Source: Nanobdellota archaeon (GTDB taxonomy: Archaea > Nanobdellota > Nanobdellia > Woesearchaeales > GW2011-AR4). From it: 52,531 nucleotides of DNA. This document shows, piece by piece, positions 34,783-45,545 of this stretch (its first letter is position 1; each line of letters begins with the position of its first letter). The position numbers and the translations under genes are program-made. The DNA is taken from the NCBI GenBank assembly GCA_022564635.1, contig JADFLA010000004.1:1-52531 (forward strand), in the 5' to 3' direction. The notes below the pieces were generated by a model. That model worked only from the letters and a program-made list of their open reading frames with translations, was not told where the DNA came from and did not search any database.

Positions 34783-35811
34783 TTTCACAGATTTAAACGA
34801 CCCACTTGATAAAATTATATACCTAAACATAGACAAATATAATAAAATAAATGTTATAATTAATATTTGTTCTTTGTAAATAAAATTTATTAATATTGCA
34901 ATGATTGCAAAATAAATAATACCTACAGAAATTTTTGCAATAGGTGTTACAAGCATTTTTCTATATTTTTTTAGAAGAACAATTTTTGACAGTGGAATAA
35001 ATATAGCTGGCAAAATTAATAACAGTATCCAGATTAAATCTATATGACCCTTGATAGTTAAAAGAAGAAAGCTTGTTAATATTAATAATCCGTCTGTAAA
35101 AGAATCAAATATCCTTCCGAATTCAGTCGTTTGATTCATAATTCTAGCTGAAATTCCATCAAGCTTATCACTTATTACGATTATGGCAAAAATGAGTAAG
35201 GAATAATTTAATTTTGAATTAATTATTGTAACTGCAAATAAAGGTAATAGCCCAAAACGCATAAAAGTAATAATATTTGGTATATTTAGAATTTTTATAT
35301 CTAATATATTCCTTATTTTAATTATATACCCAAGTCCAGAAACAACTGTAAAAATAACCGCTACTAACATGAAATACCAATTGAATGGAAAATTTACGAT
35401 AACAGCTAATATTGCTATTGTTTGGGTAATTGTTTTGATTTTTCCTAATCTTCCAGCTGGAATAATCTGTCTGTGTACAACAATGAGTCTTAGAAACGTA
35501 ATAACCCACTCCCTTGCTATTATTACAATTGCCATCCATGCTGGCACACCTTTACCAATTAAGAAAATAAGAGCTGCAGAAATAAGAAGTTTATCTGCAA
35601 TAGGGTCTATTATCTTCCCTATCCCAGTTATCTGCTGTTTTTTTCTTGCAATATATCCGTCAAGAGCATCAGATAAAGACAATACAATAAAAATAAAAGC
35701 TGCAATATAATCTCTATAAGGTATATCCATTAAAAGAAAAATTATAAATACTGGAATTAGAAGAATCCTAATGTAAGTTATCTGGTTTGGAATTGATAAA
35801 AGATCTTTCAT
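34777..35811 (-). CDS. Tandem two-domain CDP-alcohol phosphatidyltransferase
   Basis: IPNQIT..SDALDGYIAR..GKIIDPIADK and IPNIIT..SDKLDGISAR..GRIFDSFTD. Confidence 0.9.
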   Translation of the reverse strand: MKDLLSIPNQITYIRILLIPVFIIFLLMDIPYRDYIAAFIFIVLSLSDALDGYIARKKQQITGIGKIIDPIADKLLISAALIFLIGKGVPAWMAIVIIAREWVITFLRLIVVHRQIIPAGRLGKIKTITQTIAILAVIVNFPFNWYFMLVAVIFTVVSGLGYIIKIRNILDIKILNIPNIITFMRFGLLPLFAVTIINSKLNYSLLIFAIIVISDKLDGISARIMNQTTEFGRIFDSFTDGLLILTSFLLLTIKGHIDLIWILLLILPAIFIPLSKIVLLKKYRKMLVTPIAKISVGIIYFAIIAILINFIYKEQILIITFILLYLSMFRYIILSSGSFKSVKL

Positions 35812-35896
35812 TTTGCTATATAATATTAAAAATCATAAAATTTATAACCCTTATATATTTTTCCTTTTACTTTAAGAACTTTAATTTATACGCAAA

Positions 35897-36523
35897 ATGG
35901 TTTATCCTATTTTCAAAAGAGCAGTTTTGTTGCCTTTAAGATTATTCTTAAAAAAGATTAGAGGTATACAAAACATACCAAAAAATGGACCTTTTATTAT
36001 AACTTCTAACTACGAAAGCTATGTAGATCCATGGTTAATAGCATCAGTGATAATACCTCTAAAAAATAAAAAAATACATTATCTTGCAAAGAAAGGTCGT
36101 TTTTGGGATTTTTTTGGTGACACTATATCGGGAAAATGGATGGGGTGTGTTTGTGCAGATCAAGCAAAGGAAAAGGTCTTTGAAGAACTTTTGTCTTTAT
36201 TAAAAAGAAATGATATTGTGGGAATTATGATAGAGGGCCAAAGAACCTCAGGTGGAAAACTAAACAGAGGGAAAATAGGTGTTGTGAAATTGGCTCTTAA
36301 AGCCCATGTACCTATCCTTCCAATAGGACTTATTGGAACATACAACATAGCTCCAGGAAAAAAATTAATACCAAAACCAAGAAGAGCAAAATTGCATATA
36401 GGTAAACCAATATACCTGGATAAATACTACAAAAATAATATAAATGGGAAGCTATTAAGAAAATTAACCGATGATGTAATGCATGTTATATCAGAACTTA
36501 CAGGAAAGCCTTACAACTATTGA
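35897..36523 (+). CDS. PlsC-like lysophospholipid acyltransferase, catalytic His replaced by Tyr
   Basis: G.QNIPKNGPFIITSNYESYVD, YLAK, IEGQRT, VPILP.G..GT, IGKPI. Confidence 0.85.
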   Translation: MVYPIFKRAVLLPLRLFLKKIRGIQNIPKNGPFIITSNYESYVDPWLIASVIIPLKNKKIHYLAKKGRFWDFFGDTISGKWMGCVCADQAKEKVFEELLSLLKRNDIVGIMIEGQRTSGGKLNRGKIGVVKLALKAHVPILPIGLIGTYNIAPGKKLIPKPRRAKLHIGKPIYLDKYYKNNINGKLLRKLTDDVMHVISELTGKPYNY

Positions 36524-36545
36524 ATATCATAAAAATTAATTTAAA

Positions 36546-37223
36546 ATGAAATACGACTTACACAATCATACGTATTATTCTTCATGTAGCAATTTAAAAC
36601 CCGAAATACTCCTCAAGCTTATAAAAAAGAAAGGCATGAAAGGCATAGCTGTTACGGACCATAATACCATAAAAGGTGCACTTAAAGTAAAAAAACTAAA
36701 CAAAGATAAAGATTTTGAGGTTATTATAGGAGAAGAAGTGGACACAAATTATGGGGATGTTCTTACTTACTATTTGAAAAAAGAAATAAAAACTCATGAT
36801 TTTTTTTCTGTTGTTGATGAAGTAAAAAAACAAAATGGCTTAATCGTAATTCCCCATCCTTTTAGATTATCCATAAATCCAAAGCATAAATTCAAATATC
36901 CAATAAAGAAGTTAAAAAACAAAATTGATGCTATCGAGTGTTTTAATTCTAGAATGCTTCCAGGTAATAATGAAAAAGCGCAGGAACTGGCAAAAAAGCT
37001 TAAAATTCCTGGAATTGGAGGTTCAGATGCACATTTTAGATTTGACATAGGCAGAGCATATACAATTTTTGACGATAATCTAAACTTAAGAAAAGCCATA
37101 AAACAGAACAAAACAAGCTATGAAGGCACAATCATCTACGGCTCTCTTAGCGGATTGTCAAGTTTTCTGAGAAAAAGAATTTACAATAAGATCCCTGGAC
37201 TAAACACCGTTCCTATGAAATAA
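36546..37223 (+). CDS. PHP-domain metal-dependent phosphoesterase
   Basis: DLHNHT, AVTDHNT, GEE, PHPF, GGSDAH. Confidence 0.92.
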   Translation: MKYDLHNHTYYSSCSNLKPEILLKLIKKKGMKGIAVTDHNTIKGALKVKKLNKDKDFEVIIGEEVDTNYGDVLTYYLKKEIKTHDFFSVVDEVKKQNGLIVIPHPFRLSINPKHKFKYPIKKLKNKIDAIECFNSRMLPGNNEKAQELAKKLKIPGIGGSDAHFRFDIGRAYTIFDDNLNLRKAIKQNKTSYEGTIIYGSLSGLSSFLRKRIYNKIPGLNTVPMK

Positions 37224-38001
37224 AATATATGGGGTTTTTTGATATTTTAACTGTAACTTTCTGCCCTGCTTTGAATTTATGCTCTTTGCTCAAAGAATCA
37301 GCTATCAAAATACCATTTCCAACCTCAAAAATAATCTCTATTTTCTCATTTTTGTTTAAAACATTATTGACTAGAGTACATTTTGCGGAAATTTTTCCGC
37401 AGTAAGGCTCTCTAACAAGATATTCAAATTTATAAGAATTTAAAGACAAAATTTTTCCACCAGCACTTTTTATCCATGCATTGCTGCCTGCAGGAGTTGC
37501 AATTAAAACACCGCTGCTCTTCTGCCTTTCCTTCTTGCCCCTTACATTAAGAAAATACCTTGCTGTATGGTACTCCTTTTCCGATGCTATATAGAATTCG
37601 TTCAATGCCAGCTCTTTAACCCTTTTATTATTTATATAAGCCTCTAACCTTTGAAATTTTTTTATTTTATAATTTCCTCTTAAAAGTTCTTTAAATTTTT
37701 GTTCAAAGTTTTTTTTGTCAGCTACCATAAAAAAGCCTTCCTTGTATTTTGGATCAGAATTAACACCTAGAACTGGAGTTTTGTCAAAAATAAAATGAGA
37801 AGTACGCAAGAAAGTACCATCCCCACCAACAGCAATTATCAAATCCTTATTTTGAAATAATTTTTTGTTTAACTTTCTCCTATGAGATATTTTATAATTA
37901 ATATTGTATTTTTTCAATATATTTTTGACTATTCCTAATGTTGATTTTTCTACTTTACTTGTTGGTTTGGCATAGACTATTAAGATATTATTTAATTTCA
38001 T
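37213..38001 (-). CDS. nadK: NAD kinase
   Basis: GGDGTFL, ALNE, SSGVLIATPAGS.AW..SAGG. Confidence 0.9.
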   Translation of the reverse strand: MKLNNILIVYAKPTSKVEKSTLGIVKNILKKYNINYKISHRRKLNKKLFQNKDLIIAVGGDGTFLRTSHFIFDKTPVLGVNSDPKYKEGFFMVADKKNFEQKFKELLRGNYKIKKFQRLEAYINNKRVKELALNEFYIASEKEYHTARYFLNVRGKKERQKSSGVLIATPAGSNAWIKSAGGKILSLNSYKFEYLVREPYCGKISAKCTLVNNVLNKNEKIEIIFEVGNGILIADSLSKEHKFKAGQKVTVKISKNPIYFIS

Positions 38002-38049
38002 AGTTAATTTAAAATTTAATATTGTTTATATGTTTTATTGTTTTCAGAA

Positions 38050-38946
38050 TTATTTCTTATTTAAATTCAAATTCTCCATCCCCTTAATAATCATAACTAA
38101 ACCTTCATTAACAGGACACTTAATTCCATATTTCTTTCCTAACTCAACAACGGCCCCATTTAAATAATCAATTTCTGTTTTTTTGCCTTTAATTATGTCC
38201 TGGTACATTGAAGATAAGTTTTTAGAACCTTTATATCCAAATATCATTTTTTTAATAAAATCATCTTCAATCTGAATACCCTCCTTTTCTGCTACTTTAA
38301 TGCATTCATCTACAATTAGTTTTTTTAAAGGATTGAGCCTTTCATCAGCAATTCCTTTATTCTCAATTCTTAATATTGCGGTAATAGGATTAATCATGCA
38401 ATTCAATATTAATTTTTTCCACATATCAATCTTAATGTTTTCAGAAACATAAGCTTGTAATCCACATTTATCAAAATTCTCAGCTAAATTCTTGCTTATT
38501 TTATTATTCTCAATCGCAGTATAGCTTAAATTGTTATATTGAACTATTCCTGGCTCCAAGAAAGTAGTGCCGCAAGCAGTAACTCCACGCAAAACAAGGC
38601 ATTTGTCCCTAATAATTTCTTTTACAATATTTTCATTATAAAGACCATTCTGTAAACATAATATTATAGTATTTTTTTTAATTAAGTTTTTAATATTATT
38701 TATTGATTTTTCATTATCATAAACTTTTGTTGTAAGCAATATTAGTGTATCATCTTCAATTTTTTTAATTTCTGTTATCGCCTTTAATTTATATGTCTTA
38801 TTTTCCTCACCAGTAATCTTTAACCCATCCTTATTTATCTTATCAACATGCTCTTGCCTACCAACTAATGTAACATCATTTAGCTTTGATAATTTTGCTC
38901 CATAAAGACTTCCAATTGCCCCTGCTCCCAATACAACAATTTTCAT
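38050..38946 (-). CDS. panE: 2-dehydropantoate 2-reductase
   Basis: GAGAIG, LQNGL, WKKLILNC..NP, SSMYQD..TEIDYLNG. Confidence 0.92.
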   Translation of the reverse strand: MKIVVLGAGAIGSLYGAKLSKLNDVTLVGRQEHVDKINKDGLKITGEENKTYKLKAITEIKKIEDDTLILLTTKVYDNEKSINNIKNLIKKNTIILCLQNGLYNENIVKEIIRDKCLVLRGVTACGTTFLEPGIVQYNNLSYTAIENNKISKNLAENFDKCGLQAYVSENIKIDMWKKLILNCMINPITAILRIENKGIADERLNPLKKLIVDECIKVAEKEGIQIEDDFIKKMIFGYKGSKNLSSMYQDIIKGKKTEIDYLNGAVVELGKKYGIKCPVNEGLVMIIKGMENLNLNKK

Positions 38947-39098
38947 TTTTATTAATTATAATTATTTTTTATATTGTCATGGAAATTTTTTCTAGGACAC
39001 CAAAAATTGCAATACAATTTTTGCGTGTATTTTCATTAATTTATAATTTTTTTTATTTTTGTTTATTAATTATTGAAATATTATTTATTGTAAGAAAA

Positions 39099-41786
39099 CT
39101 ATTCAATCAAAATAGCAACTTTGCCGGGCATTGCCTGTTTTGCTTTTGGCTCTTCACTTTTCCCATCAATAATCTCAACATCACAATCAAATTCTTGTTT
39201 AAAAACGTCTAATGAATTTTTTAAGTAATCTATTTCTTTGTTTCTACCAACAACTACTTTTGGCATTTTAGTTTCATCCTTAACAAGTTTAGGAACCATT
39301 TTTGAAATTTCCTTAATATAAATATCCAAATCACTTTTAGCAAAACTCTTTATTATTTCTCCAACATTCCTTGTTTTTTCTATCTTTTTCTTTAATTTTC
39401 TAATAAAATCATATTTCCATGCTTCAGCAACAAATATTCTTATTTTACTTGGCTTATCTATTTTTGCAAGTTCTATAACAGAATAAATATCCTTTTTTGT
39501 TCTATCCAAACTATCCTCAAGAGCCTCTGCTTCTTCATCAATCTTGCTTTCATCATAGCTAGGCCATTTTTGCAAAGAAGCAAATCCTTTTAATTTCAGT
39601 TTATTCCATAATTCTTCAGAAATATGCGGTGTAAAAGGACTCAGCAACAATATAAGATTTTTGATACATTCTCCAAAAACCTTCTTATTTTTTTCATTAT
39701 ATTTTTGAAGTGCATTTACAAATTCCATTATACTGCCTATTGCAATATTATACTTAAAGTTATTAATATTCTCTGTAACATTCTTTATGGTAATATGCAT
39801 TTTATTCAAAATAAATTTGTCTTTTTCGTTCAAACTTTTATATTTGGAATCTATTTTAATATCTTTAAGATTTTCATTAACCAGATTGTAAACTCTATTC
39901 AAGAACCTGAAAGCACCACTTACACCTTTATCGTTCCAATCCAGTTCCTTTTCAGGCATAGCAGCAAATAAAATAAATAATCTTCCAGTATCAGGTCCAT
40001 ATTTTCCTGTTATTTCTGTAGGATCAACTACATTGCCAATACTTTTGCTCATTTTTGCTCCATCCTTAATGACCATGCCTTGCGTCATAAGTCTAGTAAA
40101 AGGTTCATCAACATCCACTAAACCCAAATCCCTCAACGCTTTTGTAAAGAATCTGGCATAAAGTAAGTGCAAAATAGCATGTTCTATGCCGCCAATATAT
40201 TGGTTAACAGGCATCCAATAATTCGCAATTTTTTTGTCAAAAGGACCTTTGTTATATTTTGGACTGCAATACCTTATGAAATACCATGAACTGTCAACAA
40301 AAGTATCCATTGTATCTGTTTCCCTTCTTGCTTTGCTTTTACATTCAGGACATTTTGCTTCAACAAATTTCTTAGAGGTCTCTAAAGGATTTCCAGAACC
40401 TGTGAACTTAACATTCTTTGGGAGTTTAACTGGTAATCTCTCATATGGCACAGGAACAACACCACATTTATCACAATAAATCATTGGAATAGGTGTTCCC
40501 CAATATCTTTGTCTAGAAATTAACCAATCTCTTAATTTATATTGCACTGTTCTTTTTCCATAATTATTTTTCTCCATCCATTTTGATATTGGTTCAATAG
40601 CTTCTCTATTGTTCATACCAGAAAATCTTCCAGAATCAAATAGTATTCCGTCCTCTGTATAAGCTCGGCTTGCCTTATCCGCATCTATTTTGCTTCCGTC
40701 TTCAGAAATCACAAATTTTAATGGAATTTTATATTTTCTCGCAAATTCAAAATCCCTTTGGTCATGAGCATCAGCCATTACTATTCCAGTCCCATATTCC
40801 ATTATGACAAAATTCGCAAGATATATGGGAATTTCTTCTCCATTAACAGGATTTATTGTATATTTGCCAACAAAACATCCTATCTTATCCTTTCCTTCTG
40901 GAGTAGTCCTTTCCGCTAATGATTGCTTTTTGATTTTTTTTATTGTCTCTAAGACTTCTTTTTCATATTTCGTTCCTTTAACCCATTCCAAAACCAATGG
41001 ATGCTCGGGTGAAATAACAATAAATGTTACACTATAAATTGTATCTGGTCTTGTTGTAAAAGTTGGAATTACTTGTCCACTATCTTTTAATTTAAAGAAA
41101 ATGTCAACACCATAACTTTTCCCAATCCAATTCCGCTGCATTACTTTAACTCTTTCTGGCCAGTGCTCCAACTTATCCAAATCCTCTAAAAGCTGGTCAG
41201 CATATTTTGTTATCTTAAAAAACCATTGCTCAAGCTCTTTTTCTCCAACATCATTTTTGCATCTCCAGCATTTACCATCCTCAACCTGCTCGTTTGCCAG
41301 CACTGTAGTGCAGGAATTACACCAGTTCACAACTGCATTCTTTCTGTAAGCAAGTCCTTTTTCATAAAATTTTAAGAAAATCCATTGGTTCCACTTGTAA
41401 TAATCTTCTGTGCAGCTCTGTATCTGTCTGCTCCAGTCATAACTAAAACCTAGGCTTTGTTGCTGTTTTTTTATCTGATTAATATTATCCCAAGTCCACT
41501 TTTCCGGATCAACTTTATTTTTTATTGCAGCGTTTTCCGCTGGTAATCCAAAAGCATCATAACCCATTGGATAAAGAACATTATAACCATTCATTCTTTT
41601 AAATCTTGCAAGAGCATCACCTAAAGAATAATTTCGCAAATGACCCATATGTAATGTATTGCTTGGGTAGGGATACATTTCTAAACAATAGAACTTCTTC
41701 TTTTTCTTATCCTCTTTAACCTTAAATATATTCTTATCTTCCCACTTCTTCTGCCATTTCTTAGCTATTTTGTTGAAGTCTACCAT
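39099..41786 (-). CDS. leuS: Leucine--tRNA ligase (bacterial-type core, archaeal-type C-terminus)
   Basis: [57 protein letters not shown]; ends [14 protein letters not shown]. Confidence 0.96.
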   Translation of the reverse strand: MVDFNKIAKKWQKKWEDKNIFKVKEDKKKKKFYCLEMYPYPSNTLHMGHLRNYSLGDALARFKRMNGYNVLYPMGYDAFGLPAENAAIKNKVDPEKWTWDNINQIKKQQQSLGFSYDWSRQIQSCTEDYYKWNQWIFLKFYEKGLAYRKNAVVNWCNSCTTVLANEQVEDGKCWRCKNDVGEKELEQWFFKITKYADQLLEDLDKLEHWPERVKVMQRNWIGKSYGVDIFFKLKDSGQVIPTFTTRPDTIYSVTFIVISPEHPLVLEWVKGTKYEKEVLETIKKIKKQSLAERTTPEGKDKIGCFVGKYTINPVNGEEIPIYLANFVIMEYGTGIVMADAHDQRDFEFARKYKIPLKFVISEDGSKIDADKASRAYTEDGILFDSGRFSGMNNREAIEPISKWMEKNNYGKRTVQYKLRDWLISRQRYWGTPIPMIYCDKCGVVPVPYERLPVKLPKNVKFTGSGNPLETSKKFVEAKCPECKSKARRETDTMDTFVDSSWYFIRYCSPKYNKGPFDKKIANYWMPVNQYIGGIEHAILHLLYARFFTKALRDLGLVDVDEPFTRLMTQGMVIKDGAKMSKSIGNVVDPTEITGKYGPDTGRLFILFAAMPEKELDWNDKGVSGAFRFLNRVYNLVNENLKDIKIDSKYKSLNEKDKFILNKMHITIKNVTENINNFKYNIAIGSIMEFVNALQKYNEKNKKVFGECIKNLILLLSPFTPHISEELWNKLKLKGFASLQKWPSYDESKIDEEAEALEDSLDRTKKDIYSVIELAKIDKPSKIRIFVAEAWKYDFIRKLKKKIEKTRNVGEIIKSFAKSDLDIYIKEISKMVPKLVKDETKMPKVVVGRNKEIDYLKNSLDVFKQEFDCDVEIIDGKSEEPKAKQAMPGKVAILIE

Positions 41787-41825
41787 AGTAAGAAAAAATA
41801 AGAATTAGTTTAAATTGTTTATGGT

Positions 41826-42023
41826 TTAAAACTTCTTGAACTGCGCTGTAGTATCTATTAAATCTACATGCCCCATGAATATTGCTCTGCAACAGTATCT
41901 TTCCAAGCCTAGTTCATCTAGTGCTTTCTTGCGGTCTTCGCCTTTCTCTAGTCTAGCATTAAAATCTTCCCACAAATGTCCTATTGGCTTACCACATGAC
42001 CAACACCTTATCGGAATAATCAT
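41826..42023 (-). CDS. rpoN: DNA-directed RNA polymerase subunit N (Rpo10)
   Basis: MIIPIRCWSCG..RYCCR. Confidence 0.97.
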   Translation of the reverse strand: MIIPIRCWSCGKPIGHLWEDFNARLEKGEDRKKALDELGLERYCCRAIFMGHVDLIDTTAQFKKF

Positions 42024-42047
42024 TTTTGTTCACCTTGTTTAATATTT

Positions 42048-42449
42048 TTATCGGTACGACTTTTGTCTTTTAGCTCTAGCCTGTCCATGCCTATTTGGCT
42101 TAGATGATTCTTTAAACCTTGAATCTGCAACCAAAAGATTTCTATCATAATTCAAAAAATCCTCTTTTAGCTTATCGCTTTTCGAAAACTCAACCAAACC
42201 TTTTGCGATAGCTAGCCTTGATGCATCTGCCTGGCTGGAAATTCCGCCACCAAAAACATTTACATTAATATTTACCTTATTTATTAGGTCTCCTGCAATA
42301 ATTAAAGGTTCCTTTATCTTTAATCTAGAGAGCTTTGGCTCATAAAAATCCAGAATTAAATTGTTTACTTTTACAATGCCCTTTCCCTGCCTTATTGTGG
42401 CTCTTGCAATGGCACTCTTTCTCTTTCCAGCAGCAGTTACGATTTTCAT
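42048..42449 (-). CDS. rps9: 30S ribosomal protein S9
   Basis: GKRKSAIARA, GGG..SQA, ARAKRQKSYR. Confidence 0.97.
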   Translation of the reverse strand: MKIVTAAGKRKSAIARATIRQGKGIVKVNNLILDFYEPKLSRLKIKEPLIIAGDLINKVNINVNVFGGGISSQADASRLAIAKGLVEFSKSDKLKEDFLNYDRNLLVADSRFKESSKPNRHGQARAKRQKSYR

Positions 42450-42862
42450 ATTTTAGCTCCTATATGCTTACAAACTTCCTTTACTGTAATATATTTAAGG
42501 TTTGGAACCTTTTCAACATTCGCTTCTTTTAAAACATCAAATTTTTGATTTTTAAAATTTTCAGGAATACCCATATGGCACTTTATGTTTTTGAAAGCTA
42601 TCCTTCCTCTTTCTTTTTTATATGGTAGCATCCCCCTTATAGCCCTCTTAACAAACCTGTCAGGCATTCTTCTGATAAAAGGTCCCTTAGCCGGTATGCC
42701 TCTTTTCAAAAAATTATCATAATCTTTAAAAATATTAGCCCTATCGCCTGTAATAACAGAGTTTTCACAATTAACAATATCTATTTTTTCCCCTAACAAC
42801 GCTTTCTTTGCTACATATGTTCCAAGCCTTCCTAATATTAAATTATTTGCATCAATTATCAT
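42446..42862 (-). CDS. rpl13: 50S ribosomal protein L13
   Basis: IDA..ILGRL, GP...R.P, IRGMLP. Confidence 0.97.
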   Translation of the reverse strand: MIIDANNLILGRLGTYVAKKALLGEKIDIVNCENSVITGDRANIFKDYDNFLKRGIPAKGPFIRRMPDRFVKRAIRGMLPYKKERGRIAFKNIKCHMGIPENFKNQKFDVLKEANVEKVPNLKYITVKEVCKHIGAKI

Positions 42863-42936
42863 TTTGCCATTATTTGATTTTTAATTATTGTTTTATTTTT
42901 TATTGAATTTTTGATTATTGAATTATTTAATTGTCT

Positions 42937-43299
42937 TTAACCAATTATCCTTATCTTTTTACCATTAGGTTTATCTTTACTTAATTCTAATAAAGGAATT
43001 ATTTTTGCATTGGCTTTCTCTATCTTATCCTTTGCCTGCTCTGAAAATTGATATGCACTTATTGTCAATTTATGATTTAACATCCCAGAACCTAAAACCT
43101 TGCCCGGAACAACTATAATTTCATTCTCTTTTGTATGCCTATTTATTCTGGACAAATTTACAGCTCTTCTATTCCTAGTAGGCCTTTCTAAATCCGAAGC
43201 AATTCTTTTCCATAAATTTACAGACTGCTCATTACTTCTTTTCTTCAATTCCCCAATTAAATCTTGCAACAATGGATTTGTTGGTCCTGTTCGTTTCAT
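42937..43299 (-). CDS. rpl18e: 50S ribosomal protein L18e
   Basis: VNLSRINR, VVPGKVLGSG. Confidence 0.97.
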   Translation of the reverse strand: MKRTGPTNPLLQDLIGELKKRSNEQSVNLWKRIASDLERPTRNRRAVNLSRINRHTKENEIIVVPGKVLGSGMLNHKLTISAYQFSEQAKDKIEKANAKIIPLLELSKDKPNGKKIRIIG

Positions 43300-43455
43300 T
43301 TTTATAATTATTATTTTAATTTGATTTTTTAATTCATTATTTTTAATTTTAATTATTTTTTATTGAATTTTTATTATTGTATAAAAAGTATGAAATACTT
43401 TTTATGCTTGAAAAAATTCTTATTTTTTCATTGTAATTAATTTTTAATCATGGTA

Positions 43456-44250
43456 TCATTTTGCCTTCTTTACTGCCTCATTAAACTCATCAAAAGTTTC
43501 ATCAAAAATTTTCAAAGCCTGATTCAAAATTTCCTTGCAGCTTAATTGTCCCCATGATTCCATGTAAAAAATAATATCCTTGTCATACTTTACCTTGACT
43601 TCTCCATTTGATACTTCTTCAACTATACCTGCAAGATCATACTTAAACAAATTGTCTTTTATAACCTCGAGCTTTCCATTCTTTATCTCAAAAATATTTC
43701 CATGTGTTTTCTCCACAACTTCTTCTGGATTTTTTACATTTCCTATTTCTATGATTGGTTTGTGTTTGTAAAAAGCAAGACAAGGACTCCATTTAGTGTG
43801 TTCTTTTCCCTTACCCAAAACAGCAGTTGCTTCTAACTCCAAAGACTGGCCTTTTAACAGCTTTACAATAGGCATTTTTGGATATACGGGCTTTACAGCA
43901 GAATCTTTACTTTTAAGCTCAGAAGCATAAATAATGCCAGAACCTTTTGATGCTTTCAAGGTAAGCTTAAGCTGGCATCTTGCACAACCTTCTCCCTTAC
44001 ACTTGCATTTCTCTGGTAAATTATACGATTTTAGATCTGTTGTTAATGGTATCAAACCAATCCTATGTGCAACAATCTCATCATACAAAATTGAATTATT
44101 TTTCCTGAATTCTATATCCTCAATAGCCATTGTGGGAACTTCATCTACCATAATCCTCCTTAATGTATTTGCAAAAGCCGGAGTTGTATCTTTCATAATA
44201 AATGAAAGCTTCCTTTCATCTTTGTTGTTTGACAATACTCTTATTTCCAT
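43456..44250 (-). CDS. rpoD: DNA-directed RNA polymerase subunit D (Rpo3)
   Basis: ANTLRR, VPTMAIE, DEIVAHRIGLIPL, GKEHTKWSP. Confidence 0.97.
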   Translation of the reverse strand: MEIRVLSNNKDERKLSFIMKDTTPAFANTLRRIMVDEVPTMAIEDIEFRKNNSILYDEIVAHRIGLIPLTTDLKSYNLPEKCKCKGEGCARCQLKLTLKASKGSGIIYASELKSKDSAVKPVYPKMPIVKLLKGQSLELEATAVLGKGKEHTKWSPCLAFYKHKPIIEIGNVKNPEEVVEKTHGNIFEIKNGKLEVIKDNLFKYDLAGIVEEVSNGEVKVKYDKDIIFYMESWGQLSCKEILNQALKIFDETFDEFNEAVKKAK

Positions 44251-44264
44251 TTTTCACACCCCAT

Positions 44265-44660
44265 CTAAACTCTTCTACCCCTCCTACCGCCCTTCTTTCT
44301 GCAACCATCATGTGGCAAAGGAGTAACATCTTCTATTAAACCTATCCTCAAACCCATTCTTGATAATGCCCTTATAGCAGCTTGCGCTCCTGGTCCAGGG
44401 CCTACAGGATCATTATGGCCTCCAGGTGCCCTTATCTTAACATGAATTGCATTTATTCCCTTTTCTATAGCTCCTTCAGCAGCTCTTTTAGCTGCAACCA
44501 TTGCAGCCGTGGGACTAGATTCCATTCTGTCACTCTTAACAACCATGCCTCCAGATGCCTTGCTTATTGTTTCTGTTCCAGTAATATCTGTTATATGTAT
44601 TATTGTATTATTATAGGATGCGTAAATGTGTGCAATCCCCCATCTTTCTTGTCTTGCCAT
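44265..44660 (-). CDS. rps11: 30S ribosomal protein S11
   Basis: [31 protein letters not shown]. Confidence 0.97.
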   Translation of the reverse strand: MARQERWGIAHIYASYNNTIIHITDITGTETISKASGGMVVKSDRMESSPTAAMVAAKRAAEGAIEKGINAIHVKIRAPGGHNDPVGPGPGAQAAIRALSRMGLRIGLIEDVTPLPHDGCRKKGGRRGRRV

Positions 44661-44662
44661 TT

Positions 44663-45481
44663 TTATTTTTCCTTAGTTTTTTTATCTTCTTGTTTTTCTT
44701 CAACACCAGTTTTATTTTTTTTTCTTTTTGTTTTTTTCAAATCATGAGCAGTTGGAACTTCTTTTTTCTTTCCAACGGAGTTGGTGCCGGAAACCACATC
44801 AGTGGTACCGGAAGCTTTGCTTCCATGTATCTCTGATTCCCCAGTATCTTTGGATCTTTCTTCTACTTTTATTTCTTTTTCCACTTTCTTTTCTTCTGCC
44901 CTAACTTCTTTATCTGGTTCTTTTTTTTCAGCTTTCTCTTTAGTCTTTTTCTGCATTTTCATGTCCTTAATTACCGTTCTAATTGGATGACTTGTATTAG
45001 TAAGAATAGAACCTTGAGCAAATTGTATGCTATTTTCATCATCTAATGGAACAATATATGATGGCGCTGTAATCGTTTTGTTTCCTAAAGAAACATGCTC
45101 ATGAACAATAAACTGCCTTGCTTGCTTAATGCTGCTAGCTAAATCTTTCCTGTAAACCAAAGTTTGCAATCTCCTTTCCATAACATCTTTTAATGTTAAG
45201 GACAATACATCCTCTATCTTTGCATCCTTGCCTGTTAAACCCAGGGAAAAAAGCTTTGTCAAGAGCTGGTTTCTTTCTTTTTCTACCTGAGGATTTCCAG
45301 TAGTAATGAGATTTTTTGCTTGTCTGGTGAAGTTCTTTAGAATAGAGTTCATCTTCCATATTTCATATTTCCTGTTCAATCCATATGCTTTAAGCAGTTC
45401 TTTCTCTGCCAAAATCCTTTCCTTTTGCCATGGATGTGATGGCTTTGAGAATTTTTTTCTTTGCCTTTTTGGACTTCCCAT
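44663..45481 (-). CDS. rps4: 30S ribosomal protein S4 with long charged C-terminal extension
   Basis: [24 protein letters not shown]. Confidence 0.96.
   Translation of the reverse strand: MGSPKRQRKKFSKPSHPWQKERILAEKELLKAYGLNRKYEIWKMNSILKNFTRQAKNLITTGNPQVEKERNQLLTKLFSLGLTGKDAKIEDVLSLTLKDVMERRLQTLVYRKDLASSIKQARQFIVHEHVSLGNKTITAPSYIVPLDDENSIQFAQGSILTNTSHPIRTVIKDMKMQKKTKEKAEKKEPDKEVRAEEKKVEKEIKVEERSKDTGESEIHGSKASGTTDVVSGTNSVGKKKEVPTAHDLKKTKRKKNKTGVEEKQEDKKTKEK
44771..44831 (-). repeat. In-frame palindromic element inside the rps4 tail
   Basis: Minus strand GGAAGC-aaa-GCTTCC, ACCAC-tgat-GTGGT and CCAAC-tcc-GTTGG; shares GTTTCCGGCACCAA.TCC with the rps13 element. Confidence 0.7.
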
Positions 45482-45545
45482 TTTTATTAATTTTTCCCAA
45501 TTATTATTTTTAATTTTTTCATTGAATTTTGAATTATGGACGCAC

